A DNA stretch of 64,000 nt from a virus. Where the stretch lies: positions 14,539-78,538 of the IMG/VR virus record IMGVR_UViG_3300027985_001833, one strand, 5' to 3'. This document shows positions 18,759-29,032 of the stretch, one piece after another. A model generated the notes under the pieces. That model was not told where the DNA came from and made no database searches. It worked only from the letters and a program-made list of their open reading frames with translations. A program made the translations under genes and the position numbers. The stretch's first letter is position 1; each line of letters starts with the position of its first letter.

Positions 18759-21371
18759 TCATCCTGCTTTTAGCATTGCACCATGTTCTAACATCACTCT
18801 TCTTTGATACGGTGTTGTTTTGAATCCAGCTCTATCGCTGATTTCTTGACGATGCTTACCTGATGCTATGTTTAAATCTTCACCGCTTACAGATAATTTG
18901 TTTTCAATATTCAACGTCTTTTTATCCTCCACAGTCACATTTGCAACAACTTCTGGAGATGCTTGTTTGGCTTTTGTCGTTGTTAGTTTTTCAGATGTTT
19001 TCCCTAATTGCTCTACGGCTTGTAAATTCTTAGCTTTTTTGATTTTTGGTGGTTGTTCTGCTGGTCCGCGACCAACTGCCCCAAATACTAATCCTGTCAC
19101 ACCTTCTTCGGCAAATGTTTGAAGTCCTTTGGGTAATTCAATTCCAATCACTTTTGCCAATTCAATTGCGCCTTTGATGATTGAACGAATTGGAAACAAT
19201 ACCATATCCAATAGAGCTGTGCCTAGACGAGCTAATCCACTCAATATATTTCCACCAAACATATCCTCGATTGCCATAACCACATTTGATACCGCAATAG
19301 CAATGCTTTCAATCATCCAAGTAACAGAATCCCATATCCTGCCAATAACAGTTCCTATCGTTATCGCAATTGAAGCAATTATTGGTATGGCATATTCTAC
19401 AAATTTTCCAATTGCTGTGGCAATTGCACCTATTATGGCCCCGACGACTCGCCCAACCTCTTTCCAGCTAATTTCTGTTTCGCTCAGTCCTCCGAATATA
19501 AAATTGAATAAATCACCTAATACTAATTTGATATTGGTGACTATGTTATTCCATATTTCTCCCAAGGCCTCAATAGCAGGCGCAAAACCCTCTTTGATTC
19601 CTTGCCACAATGGTTTTATAGCATTTTCCCAAACATCCAAAATCCAAGTTTTTATATTCCCCCAAACTCTTGTTGCTGTATCTATGAGAGATTCATTTTC
19701 ATTTTTTAAAAGCTGATATGCCAGGAAAATCGCGCCAATTGCTATCAAAACAGGCCAAAATATTGTTGATAAAATAGTAGCCACTCCAGATATAACAGAT
19801 ACAATTCCGCCAATTACAAATTTAACAGCACCTAGGCCTAAAATTAATGGTACAATAGCAGCAGCAGCTACGGCAAATAAAGTGGCAAATTTAACTATTT
19901 TCTCTAATCCATCGTCGCCAAACGTATCTTTCAACCATTTTCCTGCTTGTTTGATACTATTAGTGACCCAACGCCAAGCTTCTTTGATGGTTGTGCTTGC
20001 AGCCATAAAACCTTTAGCTATTGATAGCGCTGTATCTCTGCTTGATTCACTAATAGCATTTTCGCCTTCGATCAAACCATCCCACACTTTTTTAAACGAT
20101 TCCTCATCATAATTATTCAATTCATCAAATAAAAAAAGTATTGAATTCAAACCCTTAGACATTTCTTGGAACGTCCCCTTAACTGGAGACAATAAACCTT
20201 TAAATAAACTAATGGATAAACCTTCAAGAGATGACATCAATAATTTTGAAGCACCCCAAACATTATCTAATCTACGCCTTGCCATTTCGCCAGCAGCACC
20301 TAGACCGCCAAACGCTTCAGATGAATTTTTGAGTTCTTGTTCCAACGTATCGAGCGATTGTTTGCCGGCTGTCATTAATGCGCCCATGGCCCTTCCGCCT
20401 CGAACCCCAAACATTTCTTGTAATATGGCAGCCTTTTGAGTAACAGAACTTATTCCGGATAATTTTTCAGATAATTGAGCAACAATATCGCTCACTTTGT
20501 TTAGAGAACCATCACTTTTTTCCAATTCGATATTCCATTTATCTAAAATGGCTTGAGATTTTCCTGATCTTTTTGCTATTTTTAACATCATGTTTGAAAA
20601 TGATGTACCGGCCATTGATCCTTTCAATCCTGCATCTGACAATTTGGCAAATATGGCTGTGGTTTCTTCAACAGACATATTCATTTGTTTGGCTTGAGTA
20701 ACGCCGTACGTGAATGATTCACCCAGCGCTCTGATGTCTGTTTTTGCGCTGGCCGAGGCGAGTGCCAAAACATCGGCAACGTGGGTCGCCTCGCCAAATG
20801 ATTGCCCCATCCCCTTGACAACCGTTGTAACAATATCGGTGGCAGACGCCAAATCTAAGTCATCAGCAGCAGCAGCATTGACCACGCCTTGTAAGGATGA
20901 TAAAATTTGTTCTGTGTTGGCACCGGCTCGACCTAAAAATTCTTGTGCTTGGGCATTTTCTGTTGCGCTGAAAACTGATACGATGCCCATACGTTTGGCT
21001 TCTTTTTCAAGCTTGCGCATATCTTCAGATGATGCAAGCGTTACGGCACCAACCGTTGACATTTGTTTTTCAAACTGAACGGCTTGATTCACACCGCCAG
21101 CCAAGGCCAATGTTAACGGAGCCGCACCCATTGTGACATCGCGCAACCCCATGCCTATTTTTTGAGTACCTGATGCTAAATTAGCGCTCATTGTCTTGAG
21201 TTTGGCATTGAGCGATGTGATGTGGACACCAATGCGACCAAGCGATGGCGGAACTTGATCTGTTTGCGCTACGAATCTACCAAATTCATCTTTAGCGCGT
21301 TGAACAGGTTGGACCGCTTTAGATGTATCAACGGTTATAATCCCGCCCAAACCTATTTTTTCAAACGCCAC
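18759..21371 (-). CDS. tail tape measure protein (TP901 family core)
   Basis: FE..MS.V.AV, FSA.E.AQA...L..AG, ADVLA.AS, G.KGS.AGT; helical W/F repeats; 870 aa. Confidence 0.95.
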   Translation of the reverse strand: MAFEKIGLGGIITVDTSKAVQPVQRAKDEFGRFVAQTDQVPPSLGRIGVHITSLNAKLKTMSANLASGTQKIGMGLRDVTMGAAPLTLALAGGVNQAVQFEKQMSTVGAVTLASSEDMRKLEKEAKRMGIVSVFSATENAQAQEFLGRAGANTEQILSSLQGVVNAAAADDLDLASATDIVTTVVKGMGQSFGEATHVADVLALASASAKTDIRALGESFTYGVTQAKQMNMSVEETTAIFAKLSDAGLKGSMAGTSFSNMMLKIAKRSGKSQAILDKWNIELEKSDGSLNKVSDIVAQLSEKLSGISSVTQKAAILQEMFGVRGGRAMGALMTAGKQSLDTLEQELKNSSEAFGGLGAAGEMARRRLDNVWGASKLLMSSLEGLSISLFKGLLSPVKGTFQEMSKGLNSILFLFDELNNYDEESFKKVWDGLIEGENAISESSRDTALSIAKGFMAASTTIKEAWRWVTNSIKQAGKWLKDTFGDDGLEKIVKFATLFAVAAAAIVPLILGLGAVKFVIGGIVSVISGVATILSTIFWPVLIAIGAIFLAYQLLKNENESLIDTATRVWGNIKTWILDVWENAIKPLWQGIKEGFAPAIEALGEIWNNIVTNIKLVLGDLFNFIFGGLSETEISWKEVGRVVGAIIGAIATAIGKFVEYAIPIIASIAITIGTVIGRIWDSVTWMIESIAIAVSNVVMAIEDMFGGNILSGLARLGTALLDMVLFPIRSIIKGAIELAKVIGIELPKGLQTFAEEGVTGLVFGAVGRGPAEQPPKIKKAKNLQAVEQLGKTSEKLTTTKAKQASPEVVANVTVEDKKTLNIENKLSVSGEDLNIASGKHRQEISDRAGFKTTPYQRRVMLEHGAMLKAG

Positions 21372-21569
21372 TTAGCTTTTCACTTTCTTTTTCATCTGTT
21401 TCAATTCGTTTTCTAACTGCCTGCCTAATCTATTCAGGTACCATATTCTTTCATCTGATGGCATCAAATTAATATCGTTATAAGTAATACCTTTCATACC
21501 ATAAGTGAGCAAAAATGTCTGTTCATACAAATCTTCAATCTTCCCTAGCGGGAAGAATCGCCGAAAAAA
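21372..21569 (-). CDS. -1 frameshift extension of tail assembly chaperone (gpGT-like)
   Basis: slippery T-TTT-TTC (plus strand gaaaaaa 21563-21569); -1 frame reads RRFFPLGKIEDLYEQTFLLTYGMKGITYNDINLMPSDERIWYLNRLGRQLENELKQMKKKVKS*, ending at the TMP start. Confidence 0.8.
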   Translation of the reverse strand, partial: FFRRFFPLGKIEDLYEQTFLLTYGMKGITYNDINLMPSDERIWYLNRLGRQLENELKQMKKKVKS

Positions 21570-22351
21570 CTATCATGTCTCCAATCTATTGTTTTAACAA
21601 TATCGGCTTTACATTTTTGACATTTGGCTTCAATCATCATAATTGGGCCAAGAACGTTATCATCTATTTTTCTAATTAGCGTTTCTATGTCAAATTTCGA
21701 TAATTCATCCAATTCATTTGATGTAAGCAGCGTTATTTTATCATCGCCCTTGATGCTACGAATTGAACCTCTGATTGCCTCATCTTTGGCGGATGCATTT
21801 CCTGTTCCTTGGTCTGTTGCCCCTTCGATGACGCTCCACATAGGCAATCCCATCTTGAAACCAGTTATTTTCTTATTCCTGATATGGATTGGATATTTTA
21901 AATCATACTCCCAGGCCATATCGTCTGGATGTTCTGCGGTGGTGACCTCTAGTGTTTCCAAATCACCATTAAAATCAAATTGATTTCCGCATCTAGGGCA
22001 AGTGATAATCATCCCCAAAATATTGCCCATGTTTTGCATTCGTAATGCACAATAAGCGGCAAAAACATCCCCCATGAACATTTGTGAAATTAAAATAATT
22101 TTTTCTTCTAATTTCATCACAGAGAAATCATAAGGGCCAAGCTTGTCGCACATTGTTGCTAAAACCATAGATACATAACGACCAATGTTTGCACCTTGAT
22201 TCTCGCTTCTGATGCGCCCCAACTCTTTTTCCTCTTTCATCCTCCAAGGTCGAAATGAGAAATTTTTATGATATTTCTTGTCTGAACCGAGAATGCCCAT
22301 TGGAAGATTGTTGCCTAATTCTTTCAGATTTGTTTTCTTAATCACGGTCAA
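21545..22351 (-). CDS. tail assembly chaperone / baseplate hub assembly protein
   Basis: between tube and TMP; LPMG, FRPW..KEE, two CxxC (CPRC, CQKC), ends SFF. Confidence 0.75.
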   Translation of the reverse strand: MTVIKKTNLKELGNNLPMGILGSDKKYHKNFSFRPWRMKEEKELGRIRSENQGANIGRYVSMVLATMCDKLGPYDFSVMKLEEKIILISQMFMGDVFAAYCALRMQNMGNILGMIITCPRCGNQFDFNGDLETLEVTTAEHPDDMAWEYDLKYPIHIRNKKITGFKMGLPMWSVIEGATDQGTGNASAKDEAIRGSIRSIKGDDKITLLTSNELDELSKFDIETLIRKIDDNVLGPIMMIEAKCQKCKADIVKTIDWRHDSFFGDSSR

Positions 22352-22398
22352 CCTCCATTTACCTAAGCTATGTTAGGACTAACCGGTAGTAATGTATA

Positions 22399-22848
22399 TT
22401 ATACAGCTACAATAGTGTCAATACTAAGTGTATATTCAAGTGTGGCCATTTCGCCTTCGTTGCCCATTTCACCATCAGGAGTCACTCTTTTTGAAACAAA
22501 CACACCGTCTACGGTATAGGTGGCAAGGGTGTTACCAGTTCCGGATGTCCAAATCAACACACCAGTTTTTTTGTATGTTGGCGAAACCGGATCCTTGCCC
22601 TCCTGGAACCAACCCTCCATGGCCATACGCTCAACCGTATGGTGCATAGGGATAGTGACAACTAATTCAGATGGCGCACTTTCGCCACCACTAGCCTTTG
22701 TTCTATCTGGCAGTTCAATTGTGTTTAATTCCTCTTCCATCCCGCTAGCAGCTACAGCGGTCAACGGCGGTAAACCAATAATACTCAATGAATATTTACT
22801 AAGTGGGATGTGATCCGGTTTAATTGCGCCTTTCATTTTTACCTCCAA
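22399..22848 (-). CDS. tail tube protein
   Basis: 149 aa after sheath; SG+E, W+.E, E.A.+E.TL pattern of gp19-like tubes. Confidence 0.8.
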   Translation of the reverse strand: MEVKMKGAIKPDHIPLSKYSLSIIGLPPLTAVAASGMEEELNTIELPDRTKASGGESAPSELVVTIPMHHTVERMAMEGWFQEGKDPVSPTYKKTGVLIWTSGTGNTLATYTVDGVFVSKRVTPDGEMGNEGEMATLEYTLSIDTIVAV

Positions 22849-22857
22849 ATTGATTAT

Positions 22858-23304
22858 TTAAGCTTCTATGCTCACTGATTGCAATTTCACGCTCGCTATC
22901 AAATCAACGCCGCCTGTCGGAGCAGCAGAAACTACCAATTCTAGCAAATCTCCCGCCGCCAGCTCTGTGCCTAACGCCGTTGTGGACTTTTTCGTTCCAT
23001 CAGCTTCAGTATTGGCTGTGGTCAACTCGCCTTTTGAAACTCCATTAATGTGAACCTGGACGGTGGTTGAATCTGCTGTTCCAGTGGTGCCAATGCTAGT
23101 TCTTAATCTGCCCAATTTACACGGCGCATCCACAACCATAGCGCTAATTGTTGCGGCAGCGATAGTGGCCTGATACGCATTGAGAGACTCAGAATGATTT
23201 TCAACCAATGCTTTTAAGACACCATATAGTCTATCGCTGCCATGAGACTCATCCATTCCAGCGCCAGCATCACCAATCAATTTTTTCAAAATCTTGAGTG
23301 TCAT
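22858..23304 (-). CDS. virion structural/decoration protein
   Basis: Ala/Thr/Gly-rich beta-sandwich (LAAGD.L.L.V) between sheath and tube. Confidence 0.5.
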   Translation of the reverse strand: MTLKILKKLIGDAGAGMDESHGSDRLYGVLKALVENHSESLNAYQATIAAATISAMVVDAPCKLGRLRTSIGTTGTADSTTVQVHINGVSKGELTTANTEADGTKKSTTALGTELAAGDLLELVVSAAPTGGVDLIASVKLQSVSIEA

Positions 23305-23355
23305 TTCAAAATACTCCTTTTGTTTAAAATCTCATCACAAGAGACCATGTAATTA

Positions 23356-25638
23356 TTAACCAGCACTATCAAAGATGCCTTGTTTCCCTATGGTTATCAC
23401 AAAGCGTTCAACCGTGTCGGCCAGCCTTAAACTGATTTGGGCATGCATATCGCCCGCTGTCATCGTTATATCAGTGTTATTTTCATTATCAATTTTGATT
23501 ATTACAGCATCAGTAAATTGATCGCCTCTGAGCGCTCTTTTTCGCCGCCATTCTGGCAGAAAGAATGATGTTAAAGCAACTTTTGCCAATTCTCTGGTTA
23601 CAGCGTCATTGATAGCAAACACAATCCAATCGAAATTTTCTTGAAGTACGTGCTCATAATAAGACATCTGCTCGCGTTGATGTTTCCACATCCAAGTTGG
23701 ATCAACGTGTAACATCCTATCGCCCCATATGACAAAGTTGCCATCTACTTTCTTGATTGTGGCTATGCCAACAGGATTCAGCAACTCTTCATTGAGAATG
23801 GTTTCGCCTGTGGTCAACTCCAAAATTGCCGGTAGGGTGGCCGATGTTCCGGCTTGCGCCTTGTGATAACCGTCCCAATCAGCAGCCATTCTGGCCTCAC
23901 GACCATGAATCATACCAGTAAGTGACACCAATTTGCGCTTGCCTTCTGTTCCGCCAATTGGATCAGCAACATAGCCATACGAGGGCATGGCCATGACGGC
24001 AAAATCATTTCTGCCAAGCGTGTCATTTACCAATGTGATTGCGCCATTTTCAGTCAAAGTGGCACTGGGCAACTCATATCTATATTGATAATTTTTTGCT
24101 TCGGCATATGCCACTGCTGCCTTTTGTACTGCCGTTGCCGTAACTCCTGGGGTAGCCATTTTGACTAAGCCCATGTTGCGTCCAAAAATTCGATTGAATG
24201 GCGAATTACCAACATCCCAAGCTTGATTTAAATAATCAGAATCTGTAATATCTGCAACTCCATCAATTCCACCAGCCAAAGATTTTTCTGCTTCGACCAT
24301 AAAATAATCATCGGTTGCGCCACTGGCAGTCAAATCCGAACCCGCCGCAACCGTAATAGTTTTGTGATCATTATCAACAATACGGTATTTTTCCAATTTG
24401 CTGTTTGGTTTGTCAGGATACAGATAGCCGCCAATAAGTTGATCGACGATAAACGGTTTGTAATTGATCACCAATGTATCCGTCGCCACAAGTGGCGTGG
24501 CGCCTGCGGCCACGGTGAATGGCGGACTAAAAAGCTCATTATTCGGCGTGAACAAGCTGTCAAGCGTAACGGCACCTAAAGCACCATACTTATCTGATAC
24601 AGCATCACCGGCTGTGGGAGAAGTCATGGTGATTGTAATTTTTTGTGGCTTGTGATAGTCCGTGGTAGTTCCTAAAGTGAATGTTGGATTGCCGCCACTT
24701 GGGGAATTGATAGTGAAGTCGTGAATAACCGATGTAAGCACGGTTGTGGTAACCGTTGCAATTTTTCCATAATGGCTGGCCGGGCGGACATCGGCGGTGT
24801 GAAAACCCGTCCACAAATCTTCAACAAAAATTTCATAATTGCTATCATCATTATTGATAACATTCACCCAATATCGTTTATCGGTTGGATTGGTGGATAG
24901 ATTAGGATATTTTTTAATAAAATTACCATTTACAAACACAGATAAACCAAATTCAACATCAGGTTTTTCTTCCCCATCGTGAATCATATAGCTGACATAT
25001 TTGGTCTCGTTTTCCAATATTAAATAATACCGCAAGCTACCAGCGCCGCCACCGTGATCGGTTAGCATTGTTTGATCACTAGCAACCATAATGATGCCTG
25101 CAGCGGTATTGCCCACGATGGGATATTGAACGTTTGGAACTTGTTGAAGGACAACAACACCATCTTTCCATTGATCGGTGGCAAACGTGGATAATCCTGT
25201 ATCTAGAGTCGTTTCAGCAAGATCACCAATATCAGCCAAATCTGCTGTGTAAATTGCCTCTTTGCCACCCCAACGGCCACCATTGTGCGCCCGAATTGTC
25301 CCCATAGGTGTGAGCAAATCACCATATCTGGCGTACAAAGTTGCTGACGCTTGAACTTCGTTGCCATCTGTCACACGAATCAAAAAAAGTCCTCCTGCTC
25401 CGTTGGCTATGTCAAAATAATGACGCGCACAATCCGGTAGCAAAGATTCGCTGACATAATCTCCACATTTTTTAATCAAATCAGTTTTGCTAGTAACGGT
25501 TATCAATTCGCCAATTGGGCCTTTTTCCAAAATACCGGCATAACCGGCCCAACCCAATGCTGCCGGAGATATGCTTTTTTGACCTTCTTGCTCCAAGATA
25601 ACCGTTCCAGCCCCACGCGTTGGACCAAATCTTCTCAT
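23356..25638 (-). CDS. contractile tail sheath protein
   Basis: G..EKGP, G...+.+RV, LAGG.DG, SLTG..HG, LNP.GI..I, IWGDR, W.VF..ND, ERF. Confidence 0.93.
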   Translation of the reverse strand: MRRFGPTRGAGTVILEQEGQKSISPAALGWAGYAGILEKGPIGELITVTSKTDLIKKCGDYVSESLLPDCARHYFDIANGAGGLFLIRVTDGNEVQASATLYARYGDLLTPMGTIRAHNGGRWGGKEAIYTADLADIGDLAETTLDTGLSTFATDQWKDGVVVLQQVPNVQYPIVGNTAAGIIMVASDQTMLTDHGGGAGSLRYYLILENETKYVSYMIHDGEEKPDVEFGLSVFVNGNFIKKYPNLSTNPTDKRYWVNVINNDDSNYEIFVEDLWTGFHTADVRPASHYGKIATVTTTVLTSVIHDFTINSPSGGNPTFTLGTTTDYHKPQKITITMTSPTAGDAVSDKYGALGAVTLDSLFTPNNELFSPPFTVAAGATPLVATDTLVINYKPFIVDQLIGGYLYPDKPNSKLEKYRIVDNDHKTITVAAGSDLTASGATDDYFMVEAEKSLAGGIDGVADITDSDYLNQAWDVGNSPFNRIFGRNMGLVKMATPGVTATAVQKAAVAYAEAKNYQYRYELPSATLTENGAITLVNDTLGRNDFAVMAMPSYGYVADPIGGTEGKRKLVSLTGMIHGREARMAADWDGYHKAQAGTSATLPAILELTTGETILNEELLNPVGIATIKKVDGNFVIWGDRMLHVDPTWMWKHQREQMSYYEHVLQENFDWIVFAINDAVTRELAKVALTSFFLPEWRRKRALRGDQFTDAVIIKIDNENNTDITMTAGDMHAQISLRLADTVERFVITIGKQGIFDSAG

Positions 25639-26891
25639 GTTATCCTCCTTATTTCCACGTTAACATCGCCTGTGATTTTAAACTCATTCACGATGTATAT
25701 ATTTCTATCATCTCTTTGGTATCTTAACGTATTTTTGATGCTTATGTTAAGTAATCCTGTTTTCAAATTATCTTCCGATGTTTGTGTTGATCTAGGTTCG
25801 TAATTTTTTGTAATCACTACATCGTATTTTTCATCCAAGGCTACAGACGTCAATTGTTTATTATTGGCGAAAAATCTCTCGATTTCATTTCCTAATCGTA
25901 ATTGATCTTTCATCAAAGCCGTGATTCCAACCAAAGATATATCTATGGTTGTTTGATTTGGACGTATAATTTGTATAGCGGTTTTAGCATCTTTGTTTCT
26001 TACAGCGGTATTTTGACTTAATTCAACTGTATTTTTTTTTACAGCAATTATGTGAATAGCTGGAACTTTGTCTATTTCGATATAATTGACATCCGTGGAT
26101 AATGCCACCATCGGTTTGTAAACAAATTTGATCCAAATCAATTTACCAGCATCAACAGATGAATTCAATGTAATTATTTTTGTAGTAGGGTTATATGATT
26201 GAAATAAATCAATAAATTGATTTGGATCGTCTGTTTTGTTATAAACACTATCTATTTCGACAATGTCATATGGAGTTTCTAACGGATAATCATTTTCCAA
26301 ATCTATGACGGCAGTGATAGAATTCAATTCAACAATGAAATCACTAATTGGCCTAATACCATTTTTCAACGCTGGTATCAATGATCTAACGATTAAATCC
26401 TCTTCAAACTCCACATTTGAATTGTAAGCCACTAATATTTCAAACACGTGAGGTGTTACACTTTTATTTGTAGTGACCAAATTGATTATTATTTGTATTT
26501 TTCGCTCTGTTGCTGAAAATAACGATATGTTGGCAGCCACTTCTGTTTCTGTATTCCAATTGCTGGTATTTATTTCCCAAAACGTACCATTCCACCAATA
26601 TTCATTAGCGCCATCTGATAATCGAAATCCTAAGCTGGATAATGGTGTAATTCCGTCTTCATCTTTTTGATGATACGCAATTACATCAAAGCCAATCCAT
26701 TGTTTCACAGACAAAGGGTTGGCTATCCAGGTTTTTACATATAAATCAGATATTATTGGGTATTCACCATCTATGGTTGATAATTCTAAACGATTTTTAT
26801 TTGGATTTAAACGAGTGTTTGCGCCAAGCGTTATTTTAGTCCTATTGGATTCTTCAAAAATAAATCGTTTGAAAATTGTTTTTAATCTCAT
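25635..26891 (-). CDS. tail completion/terminator protein with N-terminal accessory domain
   Basis: immediately upstream of sheath; 418 aa. Confidence 0.5.
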   Translation of the reverse strand: MRLKTIFKRFIFEESNRTKITLGANTRLNPNKNRLELSTIDGEYPIISDLYVKTWIANPLSVKQWIGFDVIAYHQKDEDGITPLSSLGFRLSDGANEYWWNGTFWEINTSNWNTETEVAANISLFSATERKIQIIINLVTTNKSVTPHVFEILVAYNSNVEFEEDLIVRSLIPALKNGIRPISDFIVELNSITAVIDLENDYPLETPYDIVEIDSVYNKTDDPNQFIDLFQSYNPTTKIITLNSSVDAGKLIWIKFVYKPMVALSTDVNYIEIDKVPAIHIIAVKKNTVELSQNTAVRNKDAKTAIQIIRPNQTTIDISLVGITALMKDQLRLGNEIERFFANNKQLTSVALDEKYDVVITKNYEPRSTQTSEDNLKTGLLNISIKNTLRYQRDDRNIYIVNEFKITGDVNVEIRRIT

Positions 26892-27520
26892 ACTGTCCTT
26901 ATTATCTTGATAAATGCATTTCCAAACGATTTATTCATTTGTTGTTTCACCAATCTCATCACTTCAGGTTTGTCAAACGTATCATATATAAATGGCCTAG
27001 CTGGTATAACGATGGCCTTTGTAGATTTTTTTAATGGCAGCCATTTGTTGGGCATTTGATCATACAATTCTCTGACTGCTCCTGTCAATTCGTTTGGATC
27101 CATTTTGCCTTGAGAAACTTGCCAAAGTGCCAAAAACATACCTCTCATTTTGTCTGTTACTTTGATTTCTGTTCCTTGGTGTATTGTAATAGCAATACCG
27201 TATTCGGCATCATTTTTCATAACTCCAACAAAACCTTCCAATTTAGAAACATAATGAGTAACAGAGCCAAATAGTTGAGCACCTGCTCTATAACCAATCA
27301 ACGGCTTTGAATCACCTTTGATTAGTGCTGTCAATGGAGCGTTAGTTGCGAAATTGCCCTCTTTGATCGTTTCCCTGATCTTTGCCACTACTATCAAGCA
27401 ACTTAATTTAATAGCGATGTGCATTTGCTGATCGGCTATTGCTTGAAAGTGTTTTGGATTCAACGCCATTTCAAATTTCTTCCAATTTTTGTCTTTTTTA
27501 AATGTGAAATTAGACATCAT
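26888..27520 (-). CDS. neck / virion morphogenesis protein (HK97 gp10-like)
   Basis: NAPLT...KG.SKPL, IHQG, IPARPF. Confidence 0.75.
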   Translation of the reverse strand: MMSNFTFKKDKNWKKFEMALNPKHFQAIADQQMHIAIKLSCLIVVAKIRETIKEGNFATNAPLTALIKGDSKPLIGYRAGAQLFGSVTHYVSKLEGFVGVMKNDAEYGIAITIHQGTEIKVTDKMRGMFLALWQVSQGKMDPNELTGAVRELYDQMPNKWLPLKKSTKAIVIPARPFIYDTFDKPEVMRLVKQQMNKSFGNAFIKIIRTV

Positions 27521-27939
27521 ATATCTAAACGTTGACGAGATGGTTGGTTGTCTTCAAAATATGCTTTTACCATTGTTTTGCCAAAACCTGGATAATGGCC
27601 ACACGGCGTTAATTTCACGATATATGCATCGGTGTTTTCGCCATCAATCGAAATCAATCTGTCGTTTAATTTCAATGTTATTGGTGATGGTGCTGCTGCT
27701 AAATCAACGTATCTAAACAATACATACCCATCGGCTTTTTTTTGGATGCCGCCGATGGTCATTTTCATCTCTTCGCTATTTGCCCATTTCACTTGACCCT
27801 TAACTGTTTGAATAATATTTTTTACTGTTTGTTGTACAGGTTCTCTTAGATCGTCATCATATTGCGTCGAACTAATATTGTGCGTTTGTATGGACACAGG
27901 GACAGGATGTAATAAATTAGGCATTGGCATGGCGATCAC
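27517..27939 (-). CDS. head closure / head-tail joining protein
   Basis: YDDD.REP, beta-rich 140 aa; position. Confidence 0.6.
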   Translation of the reverse strand: MIAMPMPNLLHPVPVSIQTHNISSTQYDDDLREPVQQTVKNIIQTVKGQVKWANSEEMKMTIGGIQKKADGYVLFRYVDLAAAPSPITLKLNDRLISIDGENTDAYIVKLTPCGHYPGFGKTMVKAYFEDNQPSRQRLDI

Positions 27940-29024
27940 CTTATGCTTGAATTAATAGGATATGCCATCGCAAGCGGCCCCTTGAACAATTTAATAATGC
28001 CTAAAACTTCAGCGTCGTTTGTGATGCCTGATAAACCTGATTGCTTTGATTTTGTCTCTCCGCCAATTTGAGCATATTTCACCTTATGCCCATCAGTCCA
28101 TTCTTCCAACAAAGCCCCAACTAATGGTGGTAATGATGAATCAGAATCTCCGTAAACAGGATTAGTCAATTTTTCTATCACCAATTTTAACAAAGCTCTT
28201 TGGATAAGTTTTGGTGTATTTCCTGCTTCATCAAGATATCCGAATGTACCCTTGACTTCCTGATTTTTCGTTCCTTGCCTAAATATCAATTGTCCTTGAC
28301 ATTGAGCAAATATATCAGATGTATATGTATTAATCAATTTTATTCTTGGATTTTTTCTATCATCGGGATACGAAATTGAATTATATACCTTGTAATAGTC
28401 CGTGCTTAATTCATTGCTTGAATCATTTAATTTTACATGATCTATGGAAATAATTGGCACACCAAGTGGCAAAATCACAGAATCTGTTCCGTCCAATTTC
28501 ATGGTAATGGCGACCGGACGAAACCATTGTCTACAAGCTCTATCCAAAAAAGTCTGCCATATTTCAATGGTGGAAAGGATCAAAGAGTCTGGATATTTAA
28601 TAACATCTGTCAAGCCCGCATTTCTTACATCGTAAATTGTAATATAAGTATCACTGGTCGAGCCTCCTGATTGAACCAGAACTTCAAAATCTTCTTGTCC
28701 TGATTGATATGGCGCGCCGGAACTTATTTTCCATCTCCATTCTATGCGGTGAGTCCCAATTGACGCCGTTAATTCCGGCGTGAACCCTCTTGCGTTGGAA
28801 TTATCATATGCATAATATGCACCAGTCGAAAATTTTCCTGGCGCGTTGGTCACATCTTCATACGTCCCTGGAGTAATAGGGAATATTTGCACACCTGGCA
28901 ATCCTCCAGTGATATCAAAAATACGATATTCAACGGCATAAGCATCGGTGCTTATGCCATTAACGGTGATAAACCAATTGATTATCGATGTTGTGTTCTC
29001 CTGGCCTCTTGCTAATGCTGGCAT
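27936..29024 (-). CDS. head-tail adaptor/connector with N-terminal Ig-like domain
   Basis: YIT+.DVR, +DRACRQWF, V.GTFGY...TP..I..A..KL. Confidence 0.75.
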   Translation of the reverse strand: MPALARGQENTTSIINWFITVNGISTDAYAVEYRIFDITGGLPGVQIFPITPGTYEDVTNAPGKFSTGAYYAYDNSNARGFTPELTASIGTHRIEWRWKISSGAPYQSGQEDFEVLVQSGGSTSDTYITIYDVRNAGLTDVIKYPDSLILSTIEIWQTFLDRACRQWFRPVAITMKLDGTDSVILPLGVPIISIDHVKLNDSSNELSTDYYKVYNSISYPDDRKNPRIKLINTYTSDIFAQCQGQLIFRQGTKNQEVKGTFGYLDEAGNTPKLIQRALLKLVIEKLTNPVYGDSDSSLPPLVGALLEEWTDGHKVKYAQIGGETKSKQSGLSGITNDAEVLGIIKLFKGPLAMAYPINSSIR

Positions 29025-29032
29025 ATCAACTC

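Noticed and set aside
13030-25638. Standalone contractile injection system, tailocin or T6SS
   Set aside because: Terminase, portal, capsid and replication genes are contiguous with the tail genes, so this is a phage tail.
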